The position numbers were made by a program, and so were the translations under genes. A stretch of 64,000 bases of DNA, from assembly GCA_965223325.1 (NCBI GenBank), contig CBDCWI010000002.1, positions 1,440,001 to 1,504,000 of the forward strand. The letters are read 5' to 3'. Below are positions 1 to 9,923 of the stretch, in pieces. The notes under the pieces are model-generated. The model saw only the letters and a program-made list of their open reading frames with translations, made no database searches and was not told where the DNA came from. Origin of the DNA: Candidatus Multivoradales bacterium (lineage in GTDB: Bacteria > Acidobacteriota > Thermoanaerobaculia > Multivoradales > Multivoraceae). Numbering within the stretch: position 1 is the stretch's first letter; each line of letters begins with the position of its first letter.

Positions 1-1387
1 CATTGGTGAAGTCGAAGGCCCCCGTGCTGGTCGTGACCTTGGTCTGCACGGTTGAGCCAGCGCAGGTACCCGACTTCAGCCTTACCGTTACGCTGGCGAT
101 GCCCGCTTCGCTGTCATCGGTTCCGTTGCCGTTGGCATCGTTCCAAACGCGATCGCCGATGGTGCCGGGCGAAGGAGCGCCGCACGACTGACTCGAGAGA
201 CGAACACATACGTCGTCGAAGCTGAAGCCGTCGCCACCCGCCACGCTCGTATTGTCGTACTGCCCCCAGCGAATCTGGGTGGTCGAGCTGAAGTCCTCCG
301 AGAAGCCACTCAAGACGGTCGAGAGATTGAGCCCAGTCTTCTGGTGCCAGGTGTTCGACGTTTGACCCTGCCAGCTGTTGACTGCACGCCAGGTGCCGGT
401 GTTGTTGCCGCGCACCCAGACCGTGTCGTAGGTGGTGTGGGTCTCGTCGGCGTGGTCGACGAACCAATAGTCGAGAACGACCGTGTCACTGGCGACGGTG
501 AACGAAGAAAGGTTGAGGGTCAGAATGGTGTAGTTGTCGGCGAGGCCGCTTGAACTATCCATCGTCAGAACACCAGTAGACGAATTGTGTCCGGTGGTGG
601 CCCGGGTTCTGAGTCGACCTCCGTCTGCAACTCCGTCCTCGTAGGCGAAGTCGGTCGACCCAACCACCGCGCCATCGGCGGTGTAGGTCGCGTTGGTCGT
701 GTTCTCGAAGTCTTCGGAGAACGGAAGCACAGCGCAACTCGTTGAGCTGAGGCTCAGCGCAAGATCGTCGAAGGCCACACCGTCGGAGGCCCGCGGGAAG
801 TTGTCGTTCTGACCGAAGCGAATCTCAAAGGTCGAGCTGAAGCTCTGGCCCGCTCCCGTCAGGGCCAAGCTGACGTTCTGCCCGGTGATCTGCTGCCAGG
901 ACGTCGTCGCGGTCGCCGACCAATCGTAGAGTTGGACCCAGGAGCTGGAACTGCTACCGCGGACCCAGATGCGATCGCCGGTGTGCACCTCGTCGCCGGT
1001 CTCCGCGAACCAGAAGCTCAAATGGACGACATCGCAGGAGGCGTCATAGTTCGACATGTCGACCTGGACGATGCCGTAGTTCTGGGAGTAGTTGCCGTTC
1101 GACGAGTCGGACTCGTCAAACGACAACGACTTCGTCCCGGCATGGACGTATGGGGAGTCGGTCACCAACCGACCGTCGAGTGTCTTCTCGTAGCGCCAGG
1201 CGTGGTCGCTACCGGTCAAGCCCGGAATCGGTGATTGGTTCGCGGTGTAACCACCGGCACCCGATCCGGTCGCGCCTTCGAAGTCCTCGGTCCAGGGCAG
1301 ACTGACCTGTGCCGCGGCCGGGGACGTGAGCGTGAAGATGAGCGCAACAAGGGCGATGCTTACGACAAGAGCTTTGGGCTTGAACAT
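1..1387 (-). CDS. Secreted surface protein with MAM/adhesin-like domains and an SdrD B-like domain (3' end outside the window)
   Basis: Absent from the ORF track because it has no stop in the window. ATG at 1387 after GGAG. Signal peptide MFKPKALVVSIALVALIFTLTSPAAA-QVSLPWTEDFEG. The same frame near position 1 reads GTIGDRVWNDANGNG...EAGIASVTVRL...TTSTGAFDFTN (SdrD B-like). Confidence 0.85.
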   Translation of the reverse strand, partial: MFKPKALVVSIALVALIFTLTSPAAAQVSLPWTEDFEGATGSGAGGYTANQSPIPGLTGSDHAWRYEKTLDGRLVTDSPYVHAGTKSLSFDESDSSNGNYSQNYGIVQVDMSNYDASCDVVHLSFWFAETGDEVHTGDRIWVRGSSSSSWVQLYDWSATATTSWQQITGQNVSLALTGAGQSFSSTFEIRFGQNDNFPRASDGVAFDDLALSLSSTSCAVLPFSEDFENTTNATYTADGAVVGSTDFAYEDGVADGGRLRTRATTGHNSSTGVLTMDSSSGLADNYTILTLNLSSFTVASDTVVLDYWFVDHADETHTTYDTVWVRGNNTGTWRAVNSWQGQTSNTWHQKTGLNLSTVLSGFSEDFSSTTQIRWGQYDNTSVAGGDGFSFDDVCVRLSSQSCGAPSPGTIGDRVWNDANGNGTDDSEAGIASVTVRLKSGTCAGSTVQTKVTTSTGAFDFTN

Positions 1388-1655
1388 TTCATATCTCCGA
1401 GACCCTCCCGACGACTCGCGTCGGAGAACGGGCACTTCAGAACTTCCACGACCGGCAGTTGGTCGCTGGAATGAGAATCAGGGCGAGGCAAGAAAGAAGC
1501 TGACGAAACAAGAACGTGATCCTGGTTGAGAGAAAAGCGATGACGGCCCTGGGCGGATAGACAGTAGTTATGCGCATGATCCGATTTATCTGAGCCCGTC
1601 AAAACCGCACTCCACCTCGTCTTACACGAGTCTCGGGAGTTTTCGGCCAATTCAT

Positions 1656-1683
1656 AGAATATCATCTGATCCAAGAAAATCAA
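1656..1683 (-). promoter_or_regulatory. Putative sigma70-type promoter for the SdrD-B gene
   Basis: Minus strand TTGATT-N16-TATTCT with TG-N immediately before the -10, inside an AT-rich patch. Confidence 0.45.
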
Positions 1684-1860
1684 CCCTTGTCCTGTTTTGT
1701 CGACCTCTCGACGACCTACCGATCGGTGTCCGACGCCTCTGGCAAGTGACGACAAACCGCCTGTTTTGAGCGGTTTACGCCGATGGAGCCCTGGTCGAGA
1801 CGGCAACTGGTCGACCGATCGATTTCTCATCCATCCCTGGGATGAATCGCCTTCCAGGCT

Positions 1861-2784
1861 TCAGGTGGATCGGGGCTCAGGATCGGTGGCGGTGCTCTGG
1901 GAGACGCGTCGTGCGACACGCACCGTCTCCATATGAACAGCGACGGTCTCCTCGACCGGCCGGGCGTAGCCACCAGCCATCACAGTGACCACCGGGACGC
2001 CTCGTTCCCGGAGGGCGCGGACGACCAGATCATCGCGGGCTGACAGACCAGCCGCACTCAACGCAAGTCGACCGAGGGTGTCGCACCACAGTGGGTCGGC
2101 ACCGGCGAGATAGATCGCCAGATCGAACGGCTCACAGAGGATCGCCTCGAGGCTCGCTGCGAGAGCTGCCAGGTAGGGCTCGTCGCCCACCCCGTCAGCC
2201 AGCCCAACGTCTAAATCGGAACGTTGCTTGCGGAAGGGATAGTTCTTCTCGCCGTGGATCGAGAAGGTGAAAACGGTCGGATCTTCTTCGAAGATCTGTG
2301 CCGTCCCGTCGCCCTGGTGCACGTCGCAGTCGATCACCACCGCGCGCTCGATCAAACCCGTCGCCTGGAGGTCTCGGATGGCAACTGCCGCGTCATTCCA
2401 CACGCAGAAGCCACCTCCGCGATCGGAGAAAGCATGATGCGTACCGCCCGCCAGATTGGCCACCACTCCATGAGTCAACGCATCGCGCGCCGCCACCAAC
2501 GTCGCGCCAACCGAACGGCGACTGCGCTCGACGAGTTCGGGTGACCAAGGAAAGCCAATCGCGCGAGCTGCTTTCCGGTCAAGTCCGCCACTCTTGACGG
2601 CCTCGACATAGTCCCGCGTGTGAACGCGCAGTAGCTGCTCGTCGCTGGCGGCTGCGGGTACCAGAAGCTCGGAGGCGAGGCGTCTTGCGGCAACCCCGTC
2701 ACGGACTGCGCGGTACTTCGCCATCGGGAACCGATGTCCCGGCGGAAGAGGCAGTTCGAAGGTGTCCGAGTAGTAGGCGCGCAT
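1861..2784 (-). CDS. Histone deacetylase family (Zn-dependent) deacetylase
   Basis: HRFPMAKY, NLAGGTHHA, GGGFC, IDCDVHQGDGT, YLAGADP and MAGGY motifs. Confidence 0.92.
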   Translation of the reverse strand: MRAYYSDTFELPLPPGHRFPMAKYRAVRDGVAARRLASELLVPAAASDEQLLRVHTRDYVEAVKSGGLDRKAARAIGFPWSPELVERSRRSVGATLVAARDALTHGVVANLAGGTHHAFSDRGGGFCVWNDAAVAIRDLQATGLIERAVVIDCDVHQGDGTAQIFEEDPTVFTFSIHGEKNYPFRKQRSDLDVGLADGVGDEPYLAALAASLEAILCEPFDLAIYLAGADPLWCDTLGRLALSAAGLSARDDLVVRALRERGVPVVTVMAGGYARPVEETVAVHMETVRVARRVSQSTATDPEPRST

Positions 2785-2806
2785 CGCGCACCCACTTTAG
2801 CCAGAC

Positions 2807-4024
2807 TCAGCCGGCGTGCCCCAGGCGACTGGTGATGGCCAGGCGACGCGCCTGGCCGACCGCGTTGCGCCCACCCTTCTTGGCTTCGTAGAGCGCTTCG
2901 TCGGCCAACTTGAGCATCGTGTCGGCGTCGCGGCCGTTCTCGGGGAAGGTCGCGATGCCGCCCGACATCGACACGATTCCAAGTGGCTGCTTCTCGCGAT
3001 GGGGGAACGGATGCGCCGCAATGATGCTTCGCACCTTCTCGGCCACTACCCGAGCTCCCTCGGCGTCGGTCTCGGGCAAGACGAGCAGGAACTCCTCACC
3101 GCCGAAACGACCAAGGCGATCGTAGTCGCGGGTTGACGAGTCGACCAGCCGCGCCAGGTCACGCAGCAGATCGTCACCGGCCATGTGGCCGTTGGTGTCG
3201 TTGTAGTTCTTGAAGTTGTCGAGGTCGAAGAGGAGTACCGAGGAGCGGTGTCCCTTCTTACGGGCGCGATTGATCTCGCGCTCGAGGAAATCCCTGATCG
3301 AGGCTTTGTTGTCGACCTGTGTCAACTTGTCGAGCTGGGCTGAACGGCGGACCTCCTTGAACTGCGCGGCATTGTGGTACGTCAGGGCACCCATCTGAGC
3401 GATCAAGCCGAGCACCTCACGCGACGCCGAGGGCGTCCGCCGTGGGTTGCTCACGCACAAGACCCCATGGCACTCGTCGTTGAAGATCATCGGCGCCGCG
3501 ATGCTCATGACGAAGCCGGGAAGAGACTGGCGCTTGCCAACGATCGAGGTGCGTGACGTCGCCTGAAGGAGATCTTCGCGTGTCATGACCCGCTTGGCAC
3601 GCAGCAACAGACCGAGCTCGCCTTCGTGCGCCGGGAAGTCCATACCGACGATCTTCGAGGTTCCGGGGTGAACGGCGACGGCGCGCATGCGGCGCAGCCG
3701 GTCGCCCTCCTTGCGCAACAGAACGACAGCACCCGAAGGCTCGAAGGTCTTGACGATGACCGCCAACAGCACCTGCGGAATGTTTCGCGACGAAGACAGA
3801 CTGTCGAGCTGCTTCGAGAGGGTCAGGAACTCCTGAATGAACTGAGTCTGAACCTGGAGATCATGATGAGCGGTTGCCAGCTGGCGCTTCGCCTTACCGA
3901 AGTTCTCCTCCGAGATCACCAACGAACGCCGCGCATGCGACCGTGACTGCACGACAGCGAACAGGCAGGTCGCCAGAACGACGGCCAAGGCAACCGCCGC
4001 GATCAACAGAATCCATTGGGTCAT
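2807..4024 (-). CDS. Membrane-anchored GAF + GGDEF diguanylate cyclase
   Basis: N-terminal TM helix, coiled coil and GAF-like region; DKLTQ, DLDNFKNYNDTNGH and GGEEF active site, with an RxxD I-site (RDYD) five residues upstream. Confidence 0.92.
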   Translation of the reverse strand: MTQWILLIAAVALAVVLATCLFAVVQSRSHARRSLVISEENFGKAKRQLATAHHDLQVQTQFIQEFLTLSKQLDSLSSSRNIPQVLLAVIVKTFEPSGAVVLLRKEGDRLRRMRAVAVHPGTSKIVGMDFPAHEGELGLLLRAKRVMTREDLLQATSRTSIVGKRQSLPGFVMSIAAPMIFNDECHGVLCVSNPRRTPSASREVLGLIAQMGALTYHNAAQFKEVRRSAQLDKLTQVDNKASIRDFLEREINRARKKGHRSSVLLFDLDNFKNYNDTNGHMAGDDLLRDLARLVDSSTRDYDRLGRFGGEEFLLVLPETDAEGARVVAEKVRSIIAAHPFPHREKQPLGIVSMSGGIATFPENGRDADTMLKLADEALYEAKKGGRNAVGQARRLAITSRLGHAG

Positions 4025-4103
4025 GAGGGCTCAGGGGTAGCAAGGCAGGGGTGCCCGCCGTTTCCGAGGTAGAACAACCTCGGGGAAAACTCCAAAAACT
4101 ATT

Positions 4104-6326
4104 CTATATTGTATTTCGACCCTCACACAACCTTTCGCGCAGCCGCGACCAACGACGGCCCGAATCCCCGCCCTTGATGGCCTTTCCCAGCGCCCGGGCT
4201 TCGCCGACGATGACGACCAGCCGGCTTCCCCGCGTCACGCCGGTGTAGACCAGATTGGCCCTCAGCATCGGCCAGTGCTGCATGGCGAGCGTCATGACGA
4301 TTGCTGGATACTCGGAACCCTGCGCCTTGTGAATGGTGGTCGCATAGGCGAGGACCAACTGATCGAGCTCGCCGAATCGGTAGACCGTCTCAGAACCGGT
4401 GCCGGGTCGCGCAGCGGCCTCCTGGAAGACGACGCCGAGCTCTTCGGTTTCGGGGTCGATCCGTTGGACCACTCCTAGATCACCGTTCCAGACCTCTTTG
4501 TCGTAGTCGTTTTCGATCTGCATGACCTTGTCGCCCACTCGATAGGTCCAACCAAAACGCTCAACTTCAGATTGCTCGCCGCGCTTTGGGTTGAGGGCCG
4601 CTTGCATCACCAGGTTGAGCGCCCTGGCACCGAGCGTTCCGCGCTGCATCGGGCAGAGGACCTGAACGTCACGTTTGGGATCGAGACCGAAACGATCCGG
4701 AATTCGGTTGCGCACCAGCTGCAGGATCTTTCGGTGCGCGTCGTCGGCATCGGTTGCCGGCACAAAGTAGAAGTCGGAGAGCTCGGCGCCTCGGTTGCTG
4801 ACGTTCAGTTCGGGCATATGCCCCTGATTGATGCGATGCGCATTGACCACGATGCGGCTCGCTTCCGCCTGTCTGAAGATCTCGACCAGGCGCGCTACCG
4901 GCAGCGCTCCGGAGTCGATCACGTCGCGCAACACCTGGCCCGGACCGACCGACGGCAACTGGTCGACGTCACCCACCAGGAGGAGCGCACCATCGTCAGG
5001 CACCGCATCGACCAGGGCCGCCATCAAGTTGATGTCAACCATCGAGGTCTCATCGGCGACCAACAGACCGCAGTCGAGCGGAAGATCGGCACAGCGTTTG
5101 AACAGGCCGGTCCTGGGGTCGACCTCGAGCAATCGATGGATCGTCTTCGCCGGTAGACCGGTCGACTCCTGAAGGCGCTTTGCCGCACGGCCGGTCGGCG
5201 CACACAGAGCGACCTCGACACCCTTCGCAACAAGCACTTCGAGAATCGCGCGCACGAGAGTCGTCTTGCCGACACCGGGCCCACCGGTGATCACCAGCGC
5301 CTTCGACAAGAGCGACGCTTCGACGGCCCGCCGCTGACTGGCTGAGAGTTCGACGTCGAGCTTCTTCTCTACCCAACGTGTGGCGGCCTCCGCATCGATG
5401 TCCATCCACGGCGGCGCTCCCTGGCTCAGCTGCAACAACTTGCGCGCCGTTACAACCTCCGCCTCCCACAAACGGCGAGGAAAGATCGATGGGCGATCCT
5501 CGATCACATCTTCAATCAGAACGCCGCCATCGCCGAGTTCGAGGGTCAACGCCTGGCTCAGAATCTCGCCGTCGATCTCGAGGAGCTCGGTAGCGCGCAC
5601 CAGCAACTCGTCCTTGGGCAGAGCACAGTGCCCCTGCCCCACCGACTCCCAGAGTGTGTAGGCCAGCCCGGCGCGTGCACGGATCATCGAGTCGCGCGGC
5701 ACGCCGAGCCTTTCTGCCACCCCATCGGCAGTCACGAAACCGATCCCCCGAATGTCGCGCGCCAGACGGTAGGGATTCTCCTGGATCAGCGGCACCGCAT
5801 CGGCGCCGTAGGTCTTGTAGATGCGCACCGCCCGCGATGTCCCGACACCGTGCGACTGAAGAAACACCATGATCTCGCGCACCGCTCGTTGCTCGGCCCA
5901 GCCCTCGAGGATGTTGCGGATGCGTTTGGGGCCAACCCCGGGAACGGTGTTCAAACGTTCCGGGTGGTGATCGATCACGTCAAAGACCTGATCGCCAAAG
6001 GCGGCCACCAGGCGCCTTGCCATCTCCGGGCCGATGCCGCGAATCAACCCCGAACCCAGGTAGCGCTCCATCCCCTTGGCCGTCGACGGTGGCGCCGTCA
6101 CCAGATGCTTCGTTACGAACTGCACTCCATGCTCGACGGTGTTCTTCCACTCACCCGAAGCTTGAATGAACTCGCCCGCCGTCACGGCACCGGCCCGGCC
6201 AACGACTGTCACCAGCTCCCGTCTGCCGCGCACCTTGACGCGTAGAACAGCGAACCCGTTTTCGGGGTTGTGAAAGGTCACCCGCTCGACGGTGCCGGCA
6301 AGCGCCTCTCGTTCGTTAGAGGACAC
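4104..6326 (-). CDS. recD2: ATP-dependent RecD-like DNA helicase RecD2
   Basis: N-terminal GTVERVTFHN, HhH repeats (GIGP, GVGPKR, GIGF), Walker A GGPGVGKT, APTGRAAK, DETSM, LVGDVDQLPSVGPG, AYATTIHKAQGSE. Start trimmed to GTG 6326. Confidence 0.93.
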   Translation of the reverse strand: MSSNEREALAGTVERVTFHNPENGFAVLRVKVRGRRELVTVVGRAGAVTAGEFIQASGEWKNTVEHGVQFVTKHLVTAPPSTAKGMERYLGSGLIRGIGPEMARRLVAAFGDQVFDVIDHHPERLNTVPGVGPKRIRNILEGWAEQRAVREIMVFLQSHGVGTSRAVRIYKTYGADAVPLIQENPYRLARDIRGIGFVTADGVAERLGVPRDSMIRARAGLAYTLWESVGQGHCALPKDELLVRATELLEIDGEILSQALTLELGDGGVLIEDVIEDRPSIFPRRLWEAEVVTARKLLQLSQGAPPWMDIDAEAATRWVEKKLDVELSASQRRAVEASLLSKALVITGGPGVGKTTLVRAILEVLVAKGVEVALCAPTGRAAKRLQESTGLPAKTIHRLLEVDPRTGLFKRCADLPLDCGLLVADETSMVDINLMAALVDAVPDDGALLLVGDVDQLPSVGPGQVLRDVIDSGALPVARLVEIFRQAEASRIVVNAHRINQGHMPELNVSNRGAELSDFYFVPATDADDAHRKILQLVRNRIPDRFGLDPKRDVQVLCPMQRGTLGARALNLVMQAALNPKRGEQSEVERFGWTYRVGDKVMQIENDYDKEVWNGDLGVVQRIDPETEELGVVFQEAAARPGTGSETVYRFGELDQLVLAYATTIHKAQGSEYPAIVMTLAMQHWPMLRANLVYTGVTRGSRLVVIVGEARALGKAIKGGDSGRRWSRLRERLCEGRNTI

Positions 6327-6387
6327 GATCAGGATCTTGTCAGGTTGCCCACGGCGGACGCCGCCCTTGCACATAGGATCGCAAGCC

Positions 6388-8403
6388 ATGGACACGAAAC
6401 CCCTCGACCGACTGCTGCCACGACCGCGAAGCGCTACTGCGGGTGGGAGCACCTGTGATCTTCCGCCAACGCTGACCTGGGCGGCCACTGGAGCTTCAGA
6501 TTCCCGACTCGAGGCGCATCTCGAACGGGCGCTCGCAACCGTCGACCGTCGGCTCGAGCGCGCACCAGTCGAGGGAGATGGGCAGAGCGCTGGTGCAGAC
6601 GTTCTTCTGGTCCAGGAGGGCGGCGGCGCCGCAGGAGTCCCGCAGAAGGGCATACCCCCACAGGGCTACTCGCTCCACGTCCGTGAGCGCGCTCGCAGCG
6701 ACGACGTAAGACCGCGAATCGAGATCCGAGCAGCCGACGCCCGGGGCATCTACTACGGCATCAGGACTCTCGAGCAGTGGTTGACCCTGCACAGGGAATC
6801 GGTCGCTCGCGAGGCCCGGGTTGCCACTCTCGAGGTCCAGGACGCGCCAGACTTTTCCTATCGCGGGCTGATGCTCGACATCAGCCGCAACCGTGTTCCG
6901 ACAATGGAAACACTGCGCGCGCTCGTTGCGTGGTTGGCCTCCCTCAAGTTCAACCAGCTGCAGCTGTACGTCGAACACACCTTCGCGTACGACGGGCACG
7001 AAGTCGTGTGGAAAGACGCCAGCCCCCTCACTGCCGAAGAGATGCGATGGCTCGACCAGTTCTGCTACGACCACTTCATCGAGTTGGTGCCCAACCAGAA
7101 CAGTTTCGGTCACCTGCACCGATGGCTGATCCACGAACCCTATCGCCAGCTCGCCGAATGTCCCGACGGAATCGAGCACCCGTTCTCTCCTGATCGAGAG
7201 CCCTTCAGCCTCTGCCCTACCGACCCGCACGCTCTCGCCCTGCTCGAAGATCTCTACGGCCAGCTGTTGCCGAACTTCCGGTCGACGCTCTTCAACGTTG
7301 GTCTTGATGAAACCTTCGATCTCGGCCGCGGGCGCTCCGCCGACGAATGCCGCGAGAAGGGCCCCGGCCAGGTCTACCTCGAGTGGCTGCGCGCAGTCTG
7401 TGAACTGGTCGCGCGACACGATCGTCGAACGCTGTTCTGGGCCGACATGCTGCTCGAGAAGAACCTGCTCGGCAACGAGTTGTTCGCCGACCAGAAGGCA
7501 CGACAGAAAGCCATCGAGCAGGTCCCACGCGATGCCATCGCCTTGATCTGGGGGTACGAAGCCGGACACGACTTCGCCGGTCAGACCCGAACCGTCGCCG
7601 ACACCGGACTCGAACACTGGGTGTGCCCAGGAACCAGCTCCTGGAACTCTGCCACCGGTCGCACCGCCAACGCGCTGGCGAACATTCACAACGCGGCCAT
7701 CGCAGGCCAAGCAAGCGGTGCCACCGGAATCCTGCTGACCGATTGGGGCGACTTCGGTCACCTCCAGCCGGAAGCCATCTCCTGGCCGGGCCTGCTCGCT
7801 GCCGCCGAATTCGGCTGGTGCCTCGAGGGGGCCCGGGCTCCCGAACCGGACACCTTCCTGGACGCCCTCCTCACCTGGGCGATTCCCTTCGCGGAACCCG
7901 AGCCGCCTGCCAACGCCGCCGATCTGGCACGCGCCATCCTCGAGCTCGGTGCGCTTTCCCGGCGAACCGGGGCGCGCGAATGGAACGGCTCGGCACTCTT
8001 TTATCTCTTCGTCTTTCCAGACACCACACTCGACCATCGTCGCTTCGAGGGTCTCGACACCGCTTCGCTGGCCGGAGCCCGCGCGGCGATCGCTCTGGTT
8101 CGCCAGAAGTTGGGCCAGGGAACCTACGTCGAGCGATCACTCGACTGGGCCGCACGCCTGGCAGACCTCGGCGCACGACTCGGCCTCGCACGCCTGGCCA
8201 ACGCTCGCAAGGACCGCGAGCGCGCGCTCTCGGGAATCTCGGCGGGTGAACGAGGCGCTCTCCGGGAGAGTGCCCGCACCTTGCAGCGGGACCTTCCCGG
8301 TTTGTGGCGCGAACGTTCCCGGCCCGGCGGCCTGGATCTCTCGAGCGCCTGGTTCGATCGCTTCTGTCGCGCTCTCGACAGAGCGGCTGCTCCGGAGACC
8401 TAG
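6388..8403 (+). CDS. Glycoside hydrolase family 20 (beta-N-acetylhexosaminidase-like)
   Basis: GH20 domain 2 (QGYSL...GIYYG), RGLMLDISR, QLQLYVEH, NSFGH, catalytic GLDE, WGDFGH. ATG at 6388; no clear signal peptide. Confidence 0.88.
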   Translation: MDTKPLDRLLPRPRSATAGGSTCDLPPTLTWAATGASDSRLEAHLERALATVDRRLERAPVEGDGQSAGADVLLVQEGGGAAGVPQKGIPPQGYSLHVRERARSDDVRPRIEIRAADARGIYYGIRTLEQWLTLHRESVAREARVATLEVQDAPDFSYRGLMLDISRNRVPTMETLRALVAWLASLKFNQLQLYVEHTFAYDGHEVVWKDASPLTAEEMRWLDQFCYDHFIELVPNQNSFGHLHRWLIHEPYRQLAECPDGIEHPFSPDREPFSLCPTDPHALALLEDLYGQLLPNFRSTLFNVGLDETFDLGRGRSADECREKGPGQVYLEWLRAVCELVARHDRRTLFWADMLLEKNLLGNELFADQKARQKAIEQVPRDAIALIWGYEAGHDFAGQTRTVADTGLEHWVCPGTSSWNSATGRTANALANIHNAAIAGQASGATGILLTDWGDFGHLQPEAISWPGLLAAAEFGWCLEGARAPEPDTFLDALLTWAIPFAEPEPPANAADLARAILELGALSRRTGAREWNGSALFYLFVFPDTTLDHRRFEGLDTASLAGARAAIALVRQKLGQGTYVERSLDWAARLADLGARLGLARLANARKDRERALSGISAGERGALRESARTLQRDLPGLWRERSRPGGLDLSSAWFDRFCRALDRAAAPET

Positions 8404-8496
8404 AACCCGAGGAGCTCATGCGAGCCCGCGGGCTGCCAATCCGCGGTCGGTACTGGGGCAAACCATCTTCCACTTGTGCGAACGCAGTGTTCAGGG

Positions 8497-8518
8497 GGGC
8501 CTCTGTGCTAGTGTTTTC
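8497..8518 (+). promoter_or_regulatory. Extended -10-like motif, copy 1 (upstream of the amidase)
   Basis: GGGCCTCTGTGCTAGTGTTTTC; 18 of 22 positions identical to 11071-11092. Confidence 0.5.
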
Positions 8519-8650
8519 CTCTTGCCAGCGCTCAAGGCGCAACCCCTTCCCACCCGAGTTGTCCTAGACACCCGCGGAATCTGATCTTCTCCGCCAACCA
8601 ACCGTCTGACCTCTGCCCAACCTATCCGGCCGACCGCCCCTCCCACCTCC

Positions 8651-9781
8651 ATGGCGAACGTCAACCGACGCATGAAAGAGCGCCTCCTGCGCGAGGTGGT
8701 GCACGACAATGTCCAGACTCGAGAAGGCCGTCGGGGAACACCCCGGCGCATACGTACCCGGCTTCATCCGAGCCACTGGTTGGCTCTCGCACTGGCGATT
8801 CCCACTCTGGCGTTCGTTGGTGCCTGGCTGGCAGGGGGCGAGAGCGGACTCGGGGCCTTTGCGATGACTCTCGTACCCTCACGGCAAGCGCCGGTCGCGA
8901 TACCCGACCGGGTGATCGACAAAGAGGCTCCCGACGCCAGAGAACGTGAGCTGTTTCCCCTCGACGTGCGACGGGTGATGATCGACCCCGGGCATGGCGG
9001 GCACGACCCTGGAACGCGGGCGCCCGGCGGACTCGAAGAGAAAGAAATCGTGCTCGATGTCGCCTTGCGGCTGCGCGAGCTGTTGGAGGAGCGCGGCTAC
9101 GAAACCGTGATGACCCGCGAGACCGACGACTTCCTCGAGCTCGACGAGCGGGTCGCCGCCGCCAACGCGGCGTCCGCCGATGTCTTCGTTTCGATCCACG
9201 TCAACTGGCTCGAAACACGCAACGAACGGGGCATCGAGACCTACTATCTCGGTCCCACCGAAGATCCGGTCCTCGAGGCCCTGGCACGCTCAGAGAACCG
9301 CAACTCGGGCTACTCCCTGGCCGACTTTCGCCACTTACTGCAGGGGGTCTACGAGCAGGTTCGCGAAGACGAGTCGCGCGAGCTCGCCGAAACCGTCCAG
9401 ACCTCGATGGTGCGCTCACTGCGCCAGACCAATCCCGAGATCAGAAACCGTGGCGTCAAGACCGCGCCGTTCGTGGTGCTGATTGGAACCGAGATGCCAG
9501 CGGTGCTCGCCGAGGTGTCTTGCCTCTCGAACGCGAAGGAAGCCGAGCTGCTGGCCAAGCCGCTCTACCGCCAGTACATCGCCGAGGCTCTCGCCAAGGG
9601 TCTCGACGGCTTTGCCGCCGAACGTGGCACACCACCGGTTCCCGAACCCGATCCGGCGGCTTCGTCCATCGAGCTTCCCACCGATCGAACTGTGTCATCG
9701 CTGGTGCCACAAGCGGCACCTTTGCCTGCCCTTCCCGCCTTGGACTCGTCTTCACAGGCAGCGTCTAAGACACCTTCCTGA
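8651..9781 (+). CDS. N-acetylmuramoyl-L-alanine amidase (Amidase_3) with N-terminal membrane anchor
   Basis: IDPGHGGHDPG, EKE, MTRETD, VSIHVN, GIETY, APFVVL, MPAVLAEV. Basic N-terminus followed by a TM helix; Pro-rich C-terminal tail. Confidence 0.93.
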   Translation: MANVNRRMKERLLREVVHDNVQTREGRRGTPRRIRTRLHPSHWLALALAIPTLAFVGAWLAGGESGLGAFAMTLVPSRQAPVAIPDRVIDKEAPDARERELFPLDVRRVMIDPGHGGHDPGTRAPGGLEEKEIVLDVALRLRELLEERGYETVMTRETDDFLELDERVAAANAASADVFVSIHVNWLETRNERGIETYYLGPTEDPVLEALARSENRNSGYSLADFRHLLQGVYEQVREDESRELAETVQTSMVRSLRQTNPEIRNRGVKTAPFVVLIGTEMPAVLAEVSCLSNAKEAELLAKPLYRQYIAEALAKGLDGFAAERGTPPVPEPDPAASSIELPTDRTVSSLVPQAAPLPALPALDSSSQAASKTPS

Positions 9782-9857
9782 ACGTCTTCCAAAGCACCTT
9801 CCGAACCGTCTTCCAGAGCATCTTCCAGAGCATCTTCCAGAGCACTTTCAGAAAAAC
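9774..9857 (+). repeat. 12-bp tandem repeat (CTTCCAGAGCAT-like, 6-7 units)
   Basis: Units start at 9774, 9786, 9798, 9810, 9822 and 9834, plus a degenerate unit at 9846. Confidence 0.85.
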
Positions 9858-9923
9858 CACGCCAGGACCTGCCGTCGCCCTCACCGGCCGACGTCACAGC
9901 CCTCAGAAAGGGACACGAGAACA

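Noticed and set aside
6292-6653. Apparent overlap of recD2 and GH20 5' ends
   Set aside because: Artefact of longest-ORF starts; family-like sequence begins near 6326 (minus) and 6388 (plus), leaving a short divergent spacer.
8456-8520. GGGCAAACC resembling the start of a c-di-GMP-I riboswitch
   Set aside because: No GNRA-capped P2 stem or GACGCAAAG segment follows.
8418-8567. 49-codon ORF after GAGGAG between GH20 and amidase
   Set aside because: SD spacing is only 3 nt, the composition is unremarkable, and it overlaps a promoter-like motif.
9774-9857. Possible CRISPR array
   Set aside because: Contiguous 12-bp units without spacers, and no cas genes.
9483-9923. 147-aa N-terminal extension of the actin given in the ORF track
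   Set aside because: Overlaps the amidase in another frame and looks non-protein-like; ATG 9924 has a purine-rich upstream sequence and gives a MamK-sized product.
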